From Carcharhinus amblyrhynchos (taxonomy: Eukaryota): a stretch of 64,000 bases of DNA. A program made the position numbers and the translations under genes. Below the pieces are notes generated by a model. That model was given only the letters and a program-made list of their open reading frames with translations. It made no database searches and was not told the origin of the DNA. Shown here one piece after another: positions 38,751-50,825 of the stretch. Numbering within the stretch: position 1 is the first letter of the stretch; the number at the start of each line of letters is the position of its first letter. Where the stretch lies: the NCBI GenBank assembly GCA_965287045.1, contig OZ336878.1:44144001-44208000 (forward strand), in the 5' to 3' direction.

Positions 38751-39362
38751 TTTCATTGCTAGAGGGATGGAGTTTAAAAACAGCGAGATTATGTTGCAAC
38801 TGTATGAGGTGCTGGTGAGGTCACACCTGGAGTACTGTGTACAGTTTTGGTCTCCTTGCTTGGGAAAGGATATACAGGCACTGGAGGGGGTGCAGAGGAG
38901 ATTCACTAGGTTGATTCCGCAGTTGAGAGGATTGGCTGATGAGGAGAGACTCAGTAGACTGGGACAATACTCATCAGAATTCAGAAGGATGAGAGGAGAT
39001 CTTATAGAAACACAAGGTTATGAATGGAATAGATAAGATAGAAGCAGAGAGGTTGTTTCCACTGGCAGGTGAAACTAAAACTAGAGGACATGGACTCAAA
39101 ATAAGGGGGAAGCAGATTTAGGACTGAGTTGAGGAGGAACTTCTTCACGCAAAAGGGTTGTGATTCTGTGGAATTCCCTGTTCATTGATGCAGTTGGGGC
39201 TACCTCATTGAATGTTTAAGGCAAGGCTAGATAAATTTTTGAACAGTAAATGAGTAAAGGTTATGGTCAGCAGGTGAACCGAGTCCACAAAAAAGATTAG
39301 CCATGATCTTATTGAATGACAGAGCAGGCTCAAGGGACCAGATGGCTCCTAGTTCTTATGTT
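38751..39362 (+). mobile_element. Older CR1 3' fragment
   Basis: ORF 38722-39036 (HLEYCVQFWSP); degraded tail. Confidence 0.9.
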
Positions 39363-39949
39363 CAATGAAGTCAATGCTATGCTTTGCTTCTTTCTGGGTA
39401 ATGAAGTAACCCATTTCCATATCTCAACTTCAGCTTCCCATTGCTCAAGGCTCAACTTATAATCATACCCACTCCCAAACACACAGCCTTGTACTGAGCT
39501 CCATTGAAGTGGTGCATTGGGCCAACTCTTCATTGTTAACATCAGAACCTAGGTTAATTTTCCAAGAGTGAATTTGGATAATCAAAGTTTGACATTTTAC
39601 GTCTTCCTTTTGCCACCCTGGAACTCACATTTATCACTGCAATTTACTTTGTTTCCTTTAGAGAGTGAAGACAAACAGTATTTTTCACAGTAACCAATCA
39701 CCAAGGCTTAATGTTCATCCTGTGCTACCATGTTAAATTGAATACTAGCCAATGATGAAAAAAACATCTTTATCTTCAACAAGTTTTTTTTTCCTAATAT
39801 AGCTCAATAGCAATACAAACTCCTTTAACTTCCCCATACCAACTGTTCTCACTCGTCCATTTATACTCCTTTGGAACTGAGCCACTAATCATCACCTGCC
39901 TTTACTAAGACAATTAGTTTAACAATGTAATTGCCAAAGTATGCACTTG

Positions 39950-41634
39950 CTGATACGTTGACAGTGGATAATTAAACAATTAACAGGAGGAAGGGCTGCA
40001 CAAATATTCCCAACATCAATGATAGGGAAGTTCATGCAGCAAGTCAGTGCAAAAAATAAGGCCCAAGCATTTACAACTGTTGTCAGCCAGAAGTGCCGAG
40101 TGATGATCCATCTTGACTTCCTCCTGACGTCCCCAGCATCACAGGTGCCAGTCTTCAGCCTATTGGATTCACTCCATTGATATGAAGTAACAGCTGCAAA
40201 GGCTATGGGCCCTGAAAATATTCCGGCATTAGTATTGAAAAATTATGTTCCAGAATTAGCCAGGCTCCTAGCCAAGCTTTTCCAGTACACACTGGCAGCT
40301 ATCCGACAACATAGATAGTTTCCCAGACATATCCACTCCACAAAAGGTAAGGCAAATCCAATCCAGCCCATACTGCATCATCAGCCTCATCTTAATCATC
40401 AGCAAAGTGCTGTTGACTGTGCTTTTAAGTGGCACTTACTCAGCAATAATCTGCTTACTGACACTCAGTTTGGATTCCACTAGGGCCACTTGGTTCCTGA
40501 CCTTATTGGTTCAAACATGTTCAAAGAGTGAACTTAAAACATAAGGTGAAAGGGACTGTCCTTAACATCAAGGCAGCATTTGACTGAGTATGGGAGCAAA
40601 GGACTCTGGAAAAAATAAAGTTAATGGGAATTCGATGGAGAGTTCTCTACCCTGTGGAGTCGGATCTAGACAATGAGATATGGATGTGGTTGTTGGAGGC
40701 AAATCATTTCAGTGCCAGGACATTGTTGCAGGAATTCCTCAGTATCCTAGGGCCAACCATCTTCTTCATCAATGACCTCCGCTGGAACATAAGGTGGGAA
40801 TGTTCATTGATGGTTGCACAGTCTTCAGCATTATTTGTGACTCCTCAGATATTGAAGCAGTCCATGTCCAAGTGCTGCATTACCTGGACAATATCCAGAC
40901 CTGGGCTGACAAGTGATATTAATATTCAAACCACACAGGTACCAGGCAATGACCATTCCAAACAATGTCCCAGTCCAATGCCGACATCGCCACATCTCAA
41001 GCAAGACAGAATCTAACCATCATGCCTTGACATTCAATGGCATTACCATCTCTGAACCTACAACATCTTGGAGGTTACCATTGACCAGAAATTGAACTGG
41101 ACTAACCATATGAACACTATAGTTACAACAGCAGGCCAGAGGCTAGGGGTTCTTTGGTGAGTAATTCATTACCTGACTCCCCAAAAGTTTGTCCACTATC
41201 TGCAAAGCACAAGTCAGGAGTATGATGGAATACTCTTCACTTGCCTAGACGAGTACGGTTCCAACAACACTCAAGAAACTTGACACCATCCCGGACAAAG
41301 CAACCCACTTGAGTAGCATCCCATCCACAACATTCACTCCTTCCCCTTCAATGCAGAGTAGCAGCAATGTTTACCATCTACAAGATGCTCTGCAGGAACT
41401 CACAGAGTCTCCTTAGACAGCACATTCCAAACCCATGACCACTACTAAGTAAAAGGACAAGCGCAGTGGACCATCACCTGGAAGTTCCTCTCCAAATCAC
41501 TCACTGTTCCTTTATTGTCACTTGATCAAAATCCTGTAACTCCCTCCTTAAAAGCACTGTGGATGTGCCTACACCACATGAATTGCAATGGTTCAATCAG
41601 GCAGCTCACCGCCATTTGGTCAATGACAATTGGA
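39950..41634 (+). mobile_element. Old non-LTR retrotransposon RT region (distinct from the young CR1); tail resumes at 46219-46283
   Basis: KAMGPENIP-, NPAHxxISL-, DIKAAFDxVW- and SILGPT-like RT motifs with many lesions. Confidence 0.8.
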
Positions 41635-42141
41635 TATTATGGTTCAGGTCAGAAACTCCAAAGTGTTTTATGGAGCCTGTCTGGATCATAAGTTTCGCAT
41701 CTGAATTTGGCTAAGGTATGTTTTGCCTCAGATATGATTCAAATGAGCCATTAGGGAGCTTTTATCAAACAAACTTTATTTAAGAATATAATTAACATGT
41801 ATGGTAAGAATATTAGCAATAGCAACCAATTACAAACAAAACAACCACAATAATGTATAACCCTTAACAAATATAGCTAAGATGTTCCAATCAAACCGAA
41901 CCCATAACAAAACCCTTCCTCATGTTTAACACAGTAAAGGCTGATGCTCATGAAATACTGGGACTGAGTCCTTTGGATGAATGCTACAGTTCTCTTGATG
42001 CACTCAGAACAGTTTGAAGTCAGAACAGCTTCTCAGGACACTAGGGAGGGACTCTGGTCAAGCCACCAACAGCAGACTTCCTACTGCAGGAAAGCAACAG
42101 ATTTTGGTTTTAGCTAACCAGCAGAACGTCTAAAACCCAGG

Positions 42142-42164
42142 GAGAGAGAGAGAGAGAGAGAGAG
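42142..42164. repeat. (GA)n microsatellite
   Basis: Direct reading. Confidence 0.95.
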
Positions 42165-42268
42165 ACTGCTTTCAGTCTGATGTCCACTCCTTTCTAAACT
42201 AAACACCACCACCAACCAAAAACAGAAAAAAAACCTTGAATTTCCTCAGAAGGAAAAAGATGTGACCA

Positions 42269-42958
42269 GTGGGTGGGGAGCGGAGGAAGGAGGGTGGAGA
42301 GCGGATGCCTCAGCCTCTCAATCTGCATAACAGGTTTGAGGTTCTTGCTTCCAGTCTGGACGAGAACGAGGGAGGTGAGGTTGGTGAGCAAACTGCACAT
42401 AGTACAGTGATGCAGACACAGGACTTAGGCAAAGAGAAGGTGAAAAGGAACATAGTAGTAATTGGGGATAGTGGGGTTAAGGGTATTGACACTGTCCTTT
42501 GTCACAATGACAAAGTGCACAGAAGAGTGTGTTGTCTGCCTGGTGCTCGGGTCCGGGATGTCACATCTGGGCTGCAGAGGAACCTGGAGTGGGAGGGTGA
42601 GAAACCGGTCGTTGTGGTACATGTGGGTGCCAACGACGTAGGCAAAATGCGAACTGAGGATCTGGGGAGGGAGTTTGAAAAGCTGGGAATGGAATTAAAA
42701 AGTAGAACTGACAAGGTGGTTATCTCTGGGCTACTGCCTGAACCGAGTGCAGACGGGCGTAGGGTTGATAAGATTAAGGAAGTGAATGGGTGGCTCAGGG
42801 ATTGGTGTGGGAGGAATGGGTTTGAATTTATGGGGCATTGGCATCAGTATTGGGGTAGGTGGGACCTGTTCAGGTGGGATGGGGTTGGTCTGAACCATGC
42901 TGGGACCAGAGTCCTGGTGAATCGTGTATATAGGACTGTAGACAGGGCTTTAAACTAA
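42269..42958 (+). CDS. CR1 ORF1p C-terminal SGNH/GDSL esterase-like domain (5'-truncated)
   Basis: GDS block I, G block II, GxND block III; block V reads DGVGLN instead of DGLHLN. Confidence 0.85.
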   Translation: MGGERRKEGGERMPQPLNLHNRFEVLASSLDENEGGEVGEQTAHSTVMQTQDLGKEKVKRNIVVIGDSGVKGIDTVLCHNDKVHRRVCCLPGARVRDVTSGLQRNLEWEGEKPVVVVHVGANDVGKMRTEDLGREFEKLGMELKSRTDKVVISGLLPEPSADGRRVDKIKEVNGWLRDWCGRNGFEFMGHWHQYWGRWDLFRWDGVGLNHAGTRVLVNRVYRTVDRALN

Positions 42959-45933
42959 TTGGGGGGGGAGGGTGCGAGGGTAGGTGACATTACGGGGTCT
43001 AAAGTTAAGGAGAGGGTACAGGTAAGGGAAGAGGCCGAGGATGTCCCAATAATAAAGGGAGTAGGGGGCGTGAGTATGGTTGGTGGCGTTCTGGCAAATA
43101 GGGTCCAGGTGAAGGCTGGGATGAAGGCACTTTATCTGAATGCACGAAGCATTCGGAATAAAGTGGATGAGCTGGTGGCGCAGATCAGCACAAATGGATA
43201 TGATCTGGTGGCCATTACAGAGACGTGGCTGCAAGGTGACAGGGACTGGGAGCTGAATGTCCAGGGGTATCAAGTGTTTAGGAAGGATAGGCGGGAGGAA
43301 AAAGGGGGGGGGGCTTGGCTCTGCTGATTAAGGATAGCATCAGGGTGGTAGCAAGGGATGATATAGGAACCAAAGAGCAGAAAGTGGAATCGTTGTGGGT
43401 GGAGATTAGGAACAGCAAAGGGAGGAAGACGCTAGTGGGTGTCATCTATAGGTCCCCGAATAATGATCTGGAGATGGGGCGGGCTGTTAACGTGCAAATA
43501 AGTGCGGCATGCAGGAATGGAACGGCGATAATTATGGGGGATTTCAATCTACATATTGATTGGTCAACCCATGTTGGATGCGGTGGGCTCGAGGAGGAGT
43601 TCTTGGAATGCTGCTGGGATAGTTTCCTTGAACAGTGTGTGTTGGAGCCGACGAGGGAGCGAGCTATCTTGGATCTGGTGTTATGTAATGAGGCGGGTAG
43701 AATTAGGGACCTTGTGGTGAAGGATCCTCTTGGGGAGAGTGATCATTGTATGGTGGAGTTTCTGGTGCAGATGGAGGAGGAGAAAGTGGGTTCCCGGACA
43801 TGCGTCCTTTGTTTGAATAGAGGGGAGTACGGTAGGATGAGGGAAGAATTGGTGAATGTGGACTGGGGGAGCGCGTTGGAGGGAGGGTCTGCTGAGGAGC
43901 AGTGGAGGATCTTTAAGGAGATCTTTCTTGGTGCTCAGCAGAAATTTATTCCGATGGTTAAAAAGGACAGTAGGAAGAGAGGTAATAAGCCGTGGATAAC
44001 GAAGGAGGTGAAGGAAAGTGTTAAATTAAAAGCGGAGGCGTTTAGAGTAGCTAAGAGTAGTGGGTGAGAAGAGGATTGGGAGAAGTTTAAATGTCAACAA
44101 AGATTGACAAAGAAGTTGATAAAGAAGGGTAGGAGAAACTATGAAGCTGGGCTAGTGCTTAATATAAAAAAGGATAGCAAGAGTTTTTATAAATATATAA
44201 AAAGGAAGAGGCTGGCTAGGGTGAACGTTGGACCCTTAGAGGATGAGAAGGGGGACTTAGTGGTAAGGGATGGGGATATGGCTGAGGTCTTGAATAACTT
44301 CTTTGTTTCTGTCTTCACGGAGGAGGACGTGAATAATTTGCCGGGTGTTAGAGATGGAAAGGTGGTAGGACTGGAGGGTCTCAATGACATTATTGTTACT
44401 AGAGAGGCGGTGCTCGACAGACTGGAGGGACTGATTGTGGACAAGTCCCCAGGACCGGATGGAATGCATCTGAGGGTTCTGAAAGAAATGGCGGAGGTGA
44501 TAGTGGATGCCTTGGTGGTTATTTTCCAAACGTCGCTGGATTCCGGGGAAGTGCCGGAAGATTGGAAAACGGGTAATGTTACGTTGTTGTTTAAGAAGGG
44601 TGCCAGGCAAAAGGCAGGGAATTATAGGCCGGTTAGTTTAACGTCTGTTGTAGGTAAAATGTTAGAATCCGTCATCAAGGAGGAAATAGCGAGGCATCTT
44701 GAGGGGAATTGCTTGATAGAGCAGACGCAGCACGGTTTCGTTAAGGGGAAGTCGTGTCTGACAAATTTATTGGAGTTCTATGAGGATGTGTCTAGGGCGG
44801 TGGATAGAGGAGAGCCGGTGGATGTGGTCTTTCTTAATTTTCAGAAGGCGTTTGACAAGGTACCTTACAAGAGGTTATTGCATAAGGTCAGGGGGCATGG
44901 AGTTGGGGGTAGGGTGTTAGCGTGGATAGAGGATTGGTTGTCAAATAGGAGGCAGAAAGTGGGGGTTAATGGGAGCTATTCGGATTGGCGGTTGGTGACT
45001 AGTGGAGTGCCCCAGGGGTCGGTGCTGGGGCCTCAGCTATTTACCATTTATATAGATGATCTGGAGGAGGGAACTGAGTGTATGGTGTTGAAATTTGCTG
45101 ATGACACCAAGATTGGTGGAACGGCAAATTGCACGGAGGGTGTGGAGAGTCTGCAGAAGGATCTAGATAGGCTGGGCAAATGGGCCAGGAAATGGCAAAT
45201 GGAATTTAATGTTGGCAAGTGCGAGGTGGTCCACTTTGGTAGGAATAATGGTAGGAAGGACTATTACTTACGCGGCAAAAAACTGCAGCAGGCGACGGTG
45301 CAGAGGGACCTCGGAGTCCTTGTGCATGAGTCGCAAAAACCCAGCCTGCAGGTGCAGCAGGCGGTCAGGAAGGCTAATGGGATGCTGGCCTTCATAGCGA
45401 GGGGAATTGAATATAAAAGTAGGGAGGTCTTGCTGCAACTGTACAGGGCACTGGTGAGGCCGCAGCTGGAGTACTGTGTGCAGTTTTTGTCGCCGCACTT
45501 ACGCAAGGATATTTTGGCCTTGGAGGGAGTGCAGAGGAGGTTTACTAGGCTGATACCAGATTTGAGGGGGTTGAGCTATGAGGAGAGGCTGAATAAACGA
45601 GGCTTGTCCTCGTTGGAGTTTAGAAGAATGAGGGGAGATCTCATTGAGACATATAAGATGATGAATGGGATGGATAGGATAGAGGTGGAGAGGCTCTTCC
45701 CGCTCAGAAAGGACAGTAGGACTAGGGGGCACAGCCTCAAGGTAAAGGGGGGGCAGTTTAGAACGGAGTTGAGGAGGAACTTCTTCACTCAAAGGGTAGT
45801 GAATCTCTGGAATTCTCTGCCTGTTGAAGTGGTGGAGGCTGCCTCGCTGAATATTTTTAAGACGCGGGTTGGTGGGTTTTTGATAAGCGAGGGGATTAAG
45901 GGTTATGGGGAGAGGGTGGGAAAGTGGAACTGA
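42959..45933 (+). pseudogene. CR1 ORF2 (endonuclease-RT) broken by one frameshift and one nonsense codon
   Basis: ORF track pieces 42959-43327, 43315-44067 and 44104-45933 are colinear. Confidence 0.9.
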
Positions 45934-46283
45934 GCCACGACAGATCAGCCATGATCTTATTGAATGGCGGGGCAGGCTTTAAGGGCTAGATGGCCTACTC
46001 CTGCTCCTATTTCTTATGTTCTTATGTTCTTAGAACACATGATCCTCTTCGTAACAATGCAGGGCTATGAAACAACACAGTAAAAATAGACAAACCCCAC
46101 TTAAACCACTGAAGGAGCAATAAAAGGACTCCTACAGACCGCCTGGTAAGAATGAAAGCTAAATGCTACAGAGAACATGATTTTTTAAAAAAACTCTTAA
46201 AGGTACACTAACATTACAGTGGAATGGGCAAAAAAATGCTGGTTTGCCAGCGATGCCCACAACCCATGAATGATTAAAAAAAA

Positions 46284-46735
46284 ACCTCATTGTTGACAAC
46301 ATTCTTGGGGTTAACATTGACCAGAAAATGAACTGGACCAGCCTTACACTTACTGTGGTGGCAAAAGGCTAGGAATTTGGAGATAAGTAACTCATCTGTT
46401 GACTCCCCAAAGCTATCCGCAACAGTAAGGCACACATCAGGAGTGTAATGGAATGCTTTCACATTCCAGAATGGTGTGGCTCCAGCAACTCGCAAGAGAC
46501 TCGACACCATCCAGGGGAATGGAGCTTGCTTGATTGGCAGCCCATCCAACAATTTGAACATCCATTGTTTCCACCACTACTGCGCACTAGCAGCAGTATG
46601 TGTTATATGCACTTCAGTAACAGCACTTTCCAAACTGTGACAAGTTCCCTCCAAGTTGCAAACAATCCTCACCTGTTATGTATATATAAATATATATATC
46701 GGCATTTCTTTACTTTTGGGGATAAAAATGTATAT
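46284..46735 (+). mobile_element. Second degraded fragment of the old LINE family
   Basis: ggggttaacattgaccagaaaatgaactggacc parallels 41070-41100. Confidence 0.7.
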
Positions 46736-47212
46736 TCCCTGTAAATGACTTTTCCAATTCAAATGTATTTATTTGTTATTATGGAGCCAATCAAACCAGG
46801 TTTTCTTGAGTCAAAGAAGGACTAAGTTTATTTGTTACTAAAGAAAATATAATAAAATCAAGACTTCTCAGGCACATCAGAAGTAAGAAAGTTAGAGTCC
46901 AGTAAAAAATTGAAAAGAATATACAATTATGTCCTTTGTTGGTCTTTGAGATGTAGATTGCTGAACATTACAGCCATTTGAAGTTAGTTGGTTTCCTGTA
47001 CAATTCTGGCATTGACTTTATTCAGGTCTGCACTTTGTTGACGACAACATTTTTAGACTCCAGAGGGAGAGAAAGAAATCTTTTCTGCTCTTGTACAACT
47101 GCTTTTAAATGGCTGCCATGTTTCTTTTCCTCCTGCTTTTCTTTCTCTAATTCTGCTTGGCAGAAATAGTTTTTAAAACTGCTGTCTGTATTTTTCAGAA
47201 GGGAATTTGATT

Positions 47213-47665
47213 AGAATCATGGAATCATAGAATTCTTACAGTGCAGAAGGAGGCCATTCAGTCCATTGAACCTGCACCGACAATAATCCACCCAGGCTCT
47301 ATCCCCATAACCCCACGTATTTACACTGCTAATCATGCTGACACAATGGGGTAATTTAGCTTGGCCAATCCACTTAACCTGCACATCTTTGGAGTGTGGG
47401 AGGAAACCAGAGCACCTGGAGGAAACCCACCCAGGTTCAATTCTGGCCTAGGGTGACTATGGAGTTTGCACATTCTCCCTGTGTCTGTGTGGGTTTCCTC
47501 CGAGTGCTCCAGCTTCCCCCCACAGTCCAAAGACATGCAGGTTAGATGGATTAGCCATGGTAAATGTGTGAGATTATAGGGATAGGGTGGGAGAAAGGGT
47601 CAGACAGTTGGTGCTGTCTCGATGGGCCAAATGGCCTTCTTCTACATGGTAGGGATTCTATTCAA
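47213..47665. mobile_element. Fused head-to-head pair of headless HE1-like SINEs (minus 47213-47430, plus 47431-47665)
   Basis: Both halves carry the core and a tail pointing outward; the junction is at ggaggaaacccac|ccaggttcaattc. Confidence 0.85.
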
Positions 47666-48379
47666 TGATTTTATCCTCCACAGGTGTTTTGAATAACTGA
47701 TCAGTATCTGATCAACTTCTAGAATTTTTGCATTTTAACGTCTTCCTTGTAACTGTTTGAAACGGACCTTGTCACCCATTCAAACCAAAATGTGAAATTC
47801 TATGTAACAGGCTCATAGTGCAAATTGTATAACCTTTCCAGGGAACTGGTCAACTTTACAGTATTAGCCATCAGGTGACATGTGACAGCCATTGTTGATC
47901 AGTTTTTTTTAGTTGTCCTTCTTTGACCAGTTTAATATGTATGTGGTTAGCTGCTGAAATTGCTCTCACTCAGTTATAGTTTCCTGATCTCATAATAGCA
48001 TTAATTTTTTTCAGAGACCGGGGTGGGGGGGTGGTATTTTCTTTTCAAAATCTGAAGAGCAGATAGTTGCAGCATGATAGATCCACAAATCCTGTCCACT
48101 ATTTACACACATTATGTTTATTCTTACTCATAAGTCAGCCATTGTGGGAGAGGGACCTTGCTCTAACTAAAATGGGGCTGCCTGAACTCAGCACTGAGTT
48201 CAAATGGTCTTGCTGGGTTTGGATCTTCTTCATATGTGGCTCCTGTCCCACTCCCATTCCCCTCCATCACCTGGCAAAAATAGGATTTATGGAAATGAGA
48301 GCCGGGGTCCCGGTGTCATTTTTGATAATGTGCAGAGTCTTCATGATTCTGTGAAAGTTCAAGCCTTGGTGTCCATACT

Positions 48380-49995
48380 CCATGAAAAGTATTCTTGCAT
48401 TGTGGCAGGAACTAAACTGGTTCGTGGGATAAGAGGGTTTTCCTACAATGACAAGCAGAATAAATTGGACCTATATTCTTGGGAGTTTAGAAGAATGAGA
48501 GGTGATCTAATTGAAACATGGCCCTGAAAGGATTTGACAGAGTCAACACTGAGAGGAAGAACATAAGAACATAAGAAATAGGAGCAGGAGTAGGCCATCT
48601 AGCCCCTCGAGCCTGCCCCGCCACTCAACAAGATCATGGTCGATCTGTCGTGGCTCAGTTCCACTTTCCTGCCCTCTTCCCATAACCCTTAATCCCCTTG
48701 CCTATCAAAAACCTATCAACCCGCGTCTTAAATATATTTAGCGAGGCAGCCTCCACCACTTCAGTGGGCAGAGAATTCCAGAGATTCACCACCCTTTGAG
48801 TGAAGAAGTTCCTCCTCAACTCCATTCTAAACCACTCCCCCTTTATCTTCAGGCTGTGCCCTCTAGTCCTACTGTCCTTTCTGAGCGGGAAGAGCCTCTC
48901 CACCTCTATCCTATCCATCCCATTCATCATCTTATATGTCTCAATGAGATCTCCCCTCATTCTTCTAAACTCTAACAAGTACAAGCCTAGTTTATTCAGC
49001 CTCTCCTCATAGTTCAACCCCCTCAACTCCAGTATCAGCCTAGTAAACCTCCTCTGCACTCCCTCCAAGGCCAAAATATCCTTGCGTAAGTGCGGCGACA
49101 AAAACTGCACACAGTACTCCAGCTGCGGCCTCACCAGTGCCCTGTGCAGTTGCAGCAAGACCTCCCTACTTTTATATTCAATCCCCCTCACTATGAAGGC
49201 CAGCATCCCATTTGCCATCCTGACCACCTGCTGCACCTGCAGGCTGGGTTTTTGCGACTCATGAACAAGGACCCCCAGGTCCCTCTGCACCATCGCATGC
49301 TGCAGTTTTTCGCCAAGTAAGTAATAGTCCTTCCTACCATTATTCCTACCAAAGTGGACAACTTCACACTTGCCAACATTAAATTCCATTTGCCAGTTCC
49401 TGGCCCATTCGCCCAGCCTATCTAGATCCTTCTGCAGACTTTCCACACCCTCCGCACAATTTGCCGTTCCACCAATCTTGGTGTCATCAGCAAATTTCAA
49501 CACCATACACTCGGTTCCCTCCTCCAGATCATCTATATAAATGGTAAATAGCTGAGGCCCCAGCACCGACCCCTGGGGCACTCCACTAGTCACCAACCGC
49601 CAATTGGAATAGCACCCATTAACCCCCACTCTCTGCCTCCTATTTGACAACCAATCCCCTATCCACGCTAAAATTTTCCCCAGCTGAGCAACCTACAACA
49701 CAGAAATACTGCCTCAGGATAAAGGACTGATCAGTTTGATGAGGAGAAATGAGGAGAAGTTTCTTCACTGAAAGGGTTGTGAATCTTATAAGTTCTCCAG
49801 CTTTGATGGTCTGTGTATTTCATTGTTGAATATATCTAAGGCTGAGATGGACAGATTTTTGGTCTCTCAGGGAGGCAAGGGATATGGGTAGTAGGTTGGA
49901 AGGTGGAATTAGGCAGAAGATCAACCACGTTCATATTGAACAGTGGGTCAAACTCAATGAGCTCTGTGGTCTACTCCTATTTCTTATGTTGTTAT
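48380..49995 (+). mobile_element. Old CR1 3' remnant (48380-48556 and 49672-49995) split by a young CR1
   Basis: LYSWEFRRMRGDLIET before the insertion; ttttcccc...gaggagaagtttcttcact continues after it. Confidence 0.75.
48557..49671 (-). mobile_element. Young 5'-truncated CR1 LINE (open ORF 48655-49650)
   Basis: RT motifs and tail repeats. Confidence 0.95.
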
Positions 49996-49999
49996 GTAA

Positions 50000-50340
50000 T
50001 ATAGGAAACACAGCAGCCAATTTGCACACAACAAGCTTCTACATTCAGCAATGTGATAATGACCAGATGGTCTAGTTTAGTGATTTATCTTTGAGGGATG
50101 TACATTGGACATGATATTGAGGGAAAACTCTTCTGCTCATAGTGTTGGGATCCTTCACATATACCTTTAGAGGGCAGATAGCAACTTCAATTTAACATCA
50201 CATCTGAAAGATGGCACGTCTGCACCATACTGCAGTTGTAGTTTAAATTTTGTGCTGTAGTCTCTGGAGTAAGACTTGAACCCACAGCATTCTGACTCAG
50301 AGGCGAGAATGCTACCAACGGGGCTCTGGCTGACACCTCG
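50000..50340 (-). mobile_element. Deu-domain SINE remnant
   Basis: Similar to 5840-6125, with the tRNA-like head at about 50270-50335. Confidence 0.6.
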
Positions 50341-50624
50341 TCATCTTGAATTAGCAACTAAGAATGTTGTGGTGGAGAAACAAGCTGAAGGATTGGATAG
50401 GGTTGACCTTTGTGTGTTTTTCTCTCTCTCTCTGGGTAACTGCACCATTGCCTATTTTCTGAATAATCCATGGCGAATGGTAACGTTTTGTTCTGTGACT
50501 CCATGACTCCCTTGAACTTTTAACCATTTCCCACATTCACAGTTAATAATCACATTTTACTTAACACACCGATTTAAAAATTGGACAATGGATGACCATT
50601 GAATTTTGAGTTTGAAATATTCAC

Positions 50625-50825
50625 CCGTATTTAACACTTTTTGGTACGAAGTGGTGAGTTTTTCTTCTCATCTGAAAGTCTGACTGTTGCTGGGATACGG
50701 CTCCACATACGCTTGTGTGACAGGAAATGTGTTCAAGCTTTAATAAATCGGCTGGTCGTGCAGACTTCCTGTCAAATTGCCAGCCTTCTGGTACCTCTTT
50801 CAAATAGCTGTTTGTCGTATGTGAG
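50625..50825 (-). CDS. Candidate symmetric internal exon (201 nt, phase 2-2) of an unidentified gene
   Basis: Acceptor ttaatattactctcactctcttag, donor GG|GTGAAT; only one frame is open (SHTTNSYLKEVPEGWQFDRK...VKYG); CpG-retaining unique sequence. Confidence 0.45.

Larger units (their letters stand above)
42251..46032 (+). mobile_element. Near-full-length young CR1 LINE: ORF1 (SGNH esterase) and ORF2 (APE endonuclease + RT)
   Basis: ORF1 VIGDS, CLPGARVRDV, HVGAND; ORF2 LNARSI, ITETWL, MGDFN, SDH, NYRPVSL, FADD; frameshift in the G run at about 43304-43313; TGA at 44065-44067. Confidence 0.97.
41635..46218 (-). mobile_element. Solo LTR (pieces 41635-42250 and 46033-46218) split by a CR1
   Basis: Termini TATTATG...CATTACA (TG...CA with one mutation), near-TSD ttgga/gtgga, minus-strand AATAAA; interrupts the old LINE tail. 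Confidence 0.65.

Noticed and set aside
46760-48000. Second solo LTR
   Set aside because: LTR-like composition, but termini and TSD could not be fixed.
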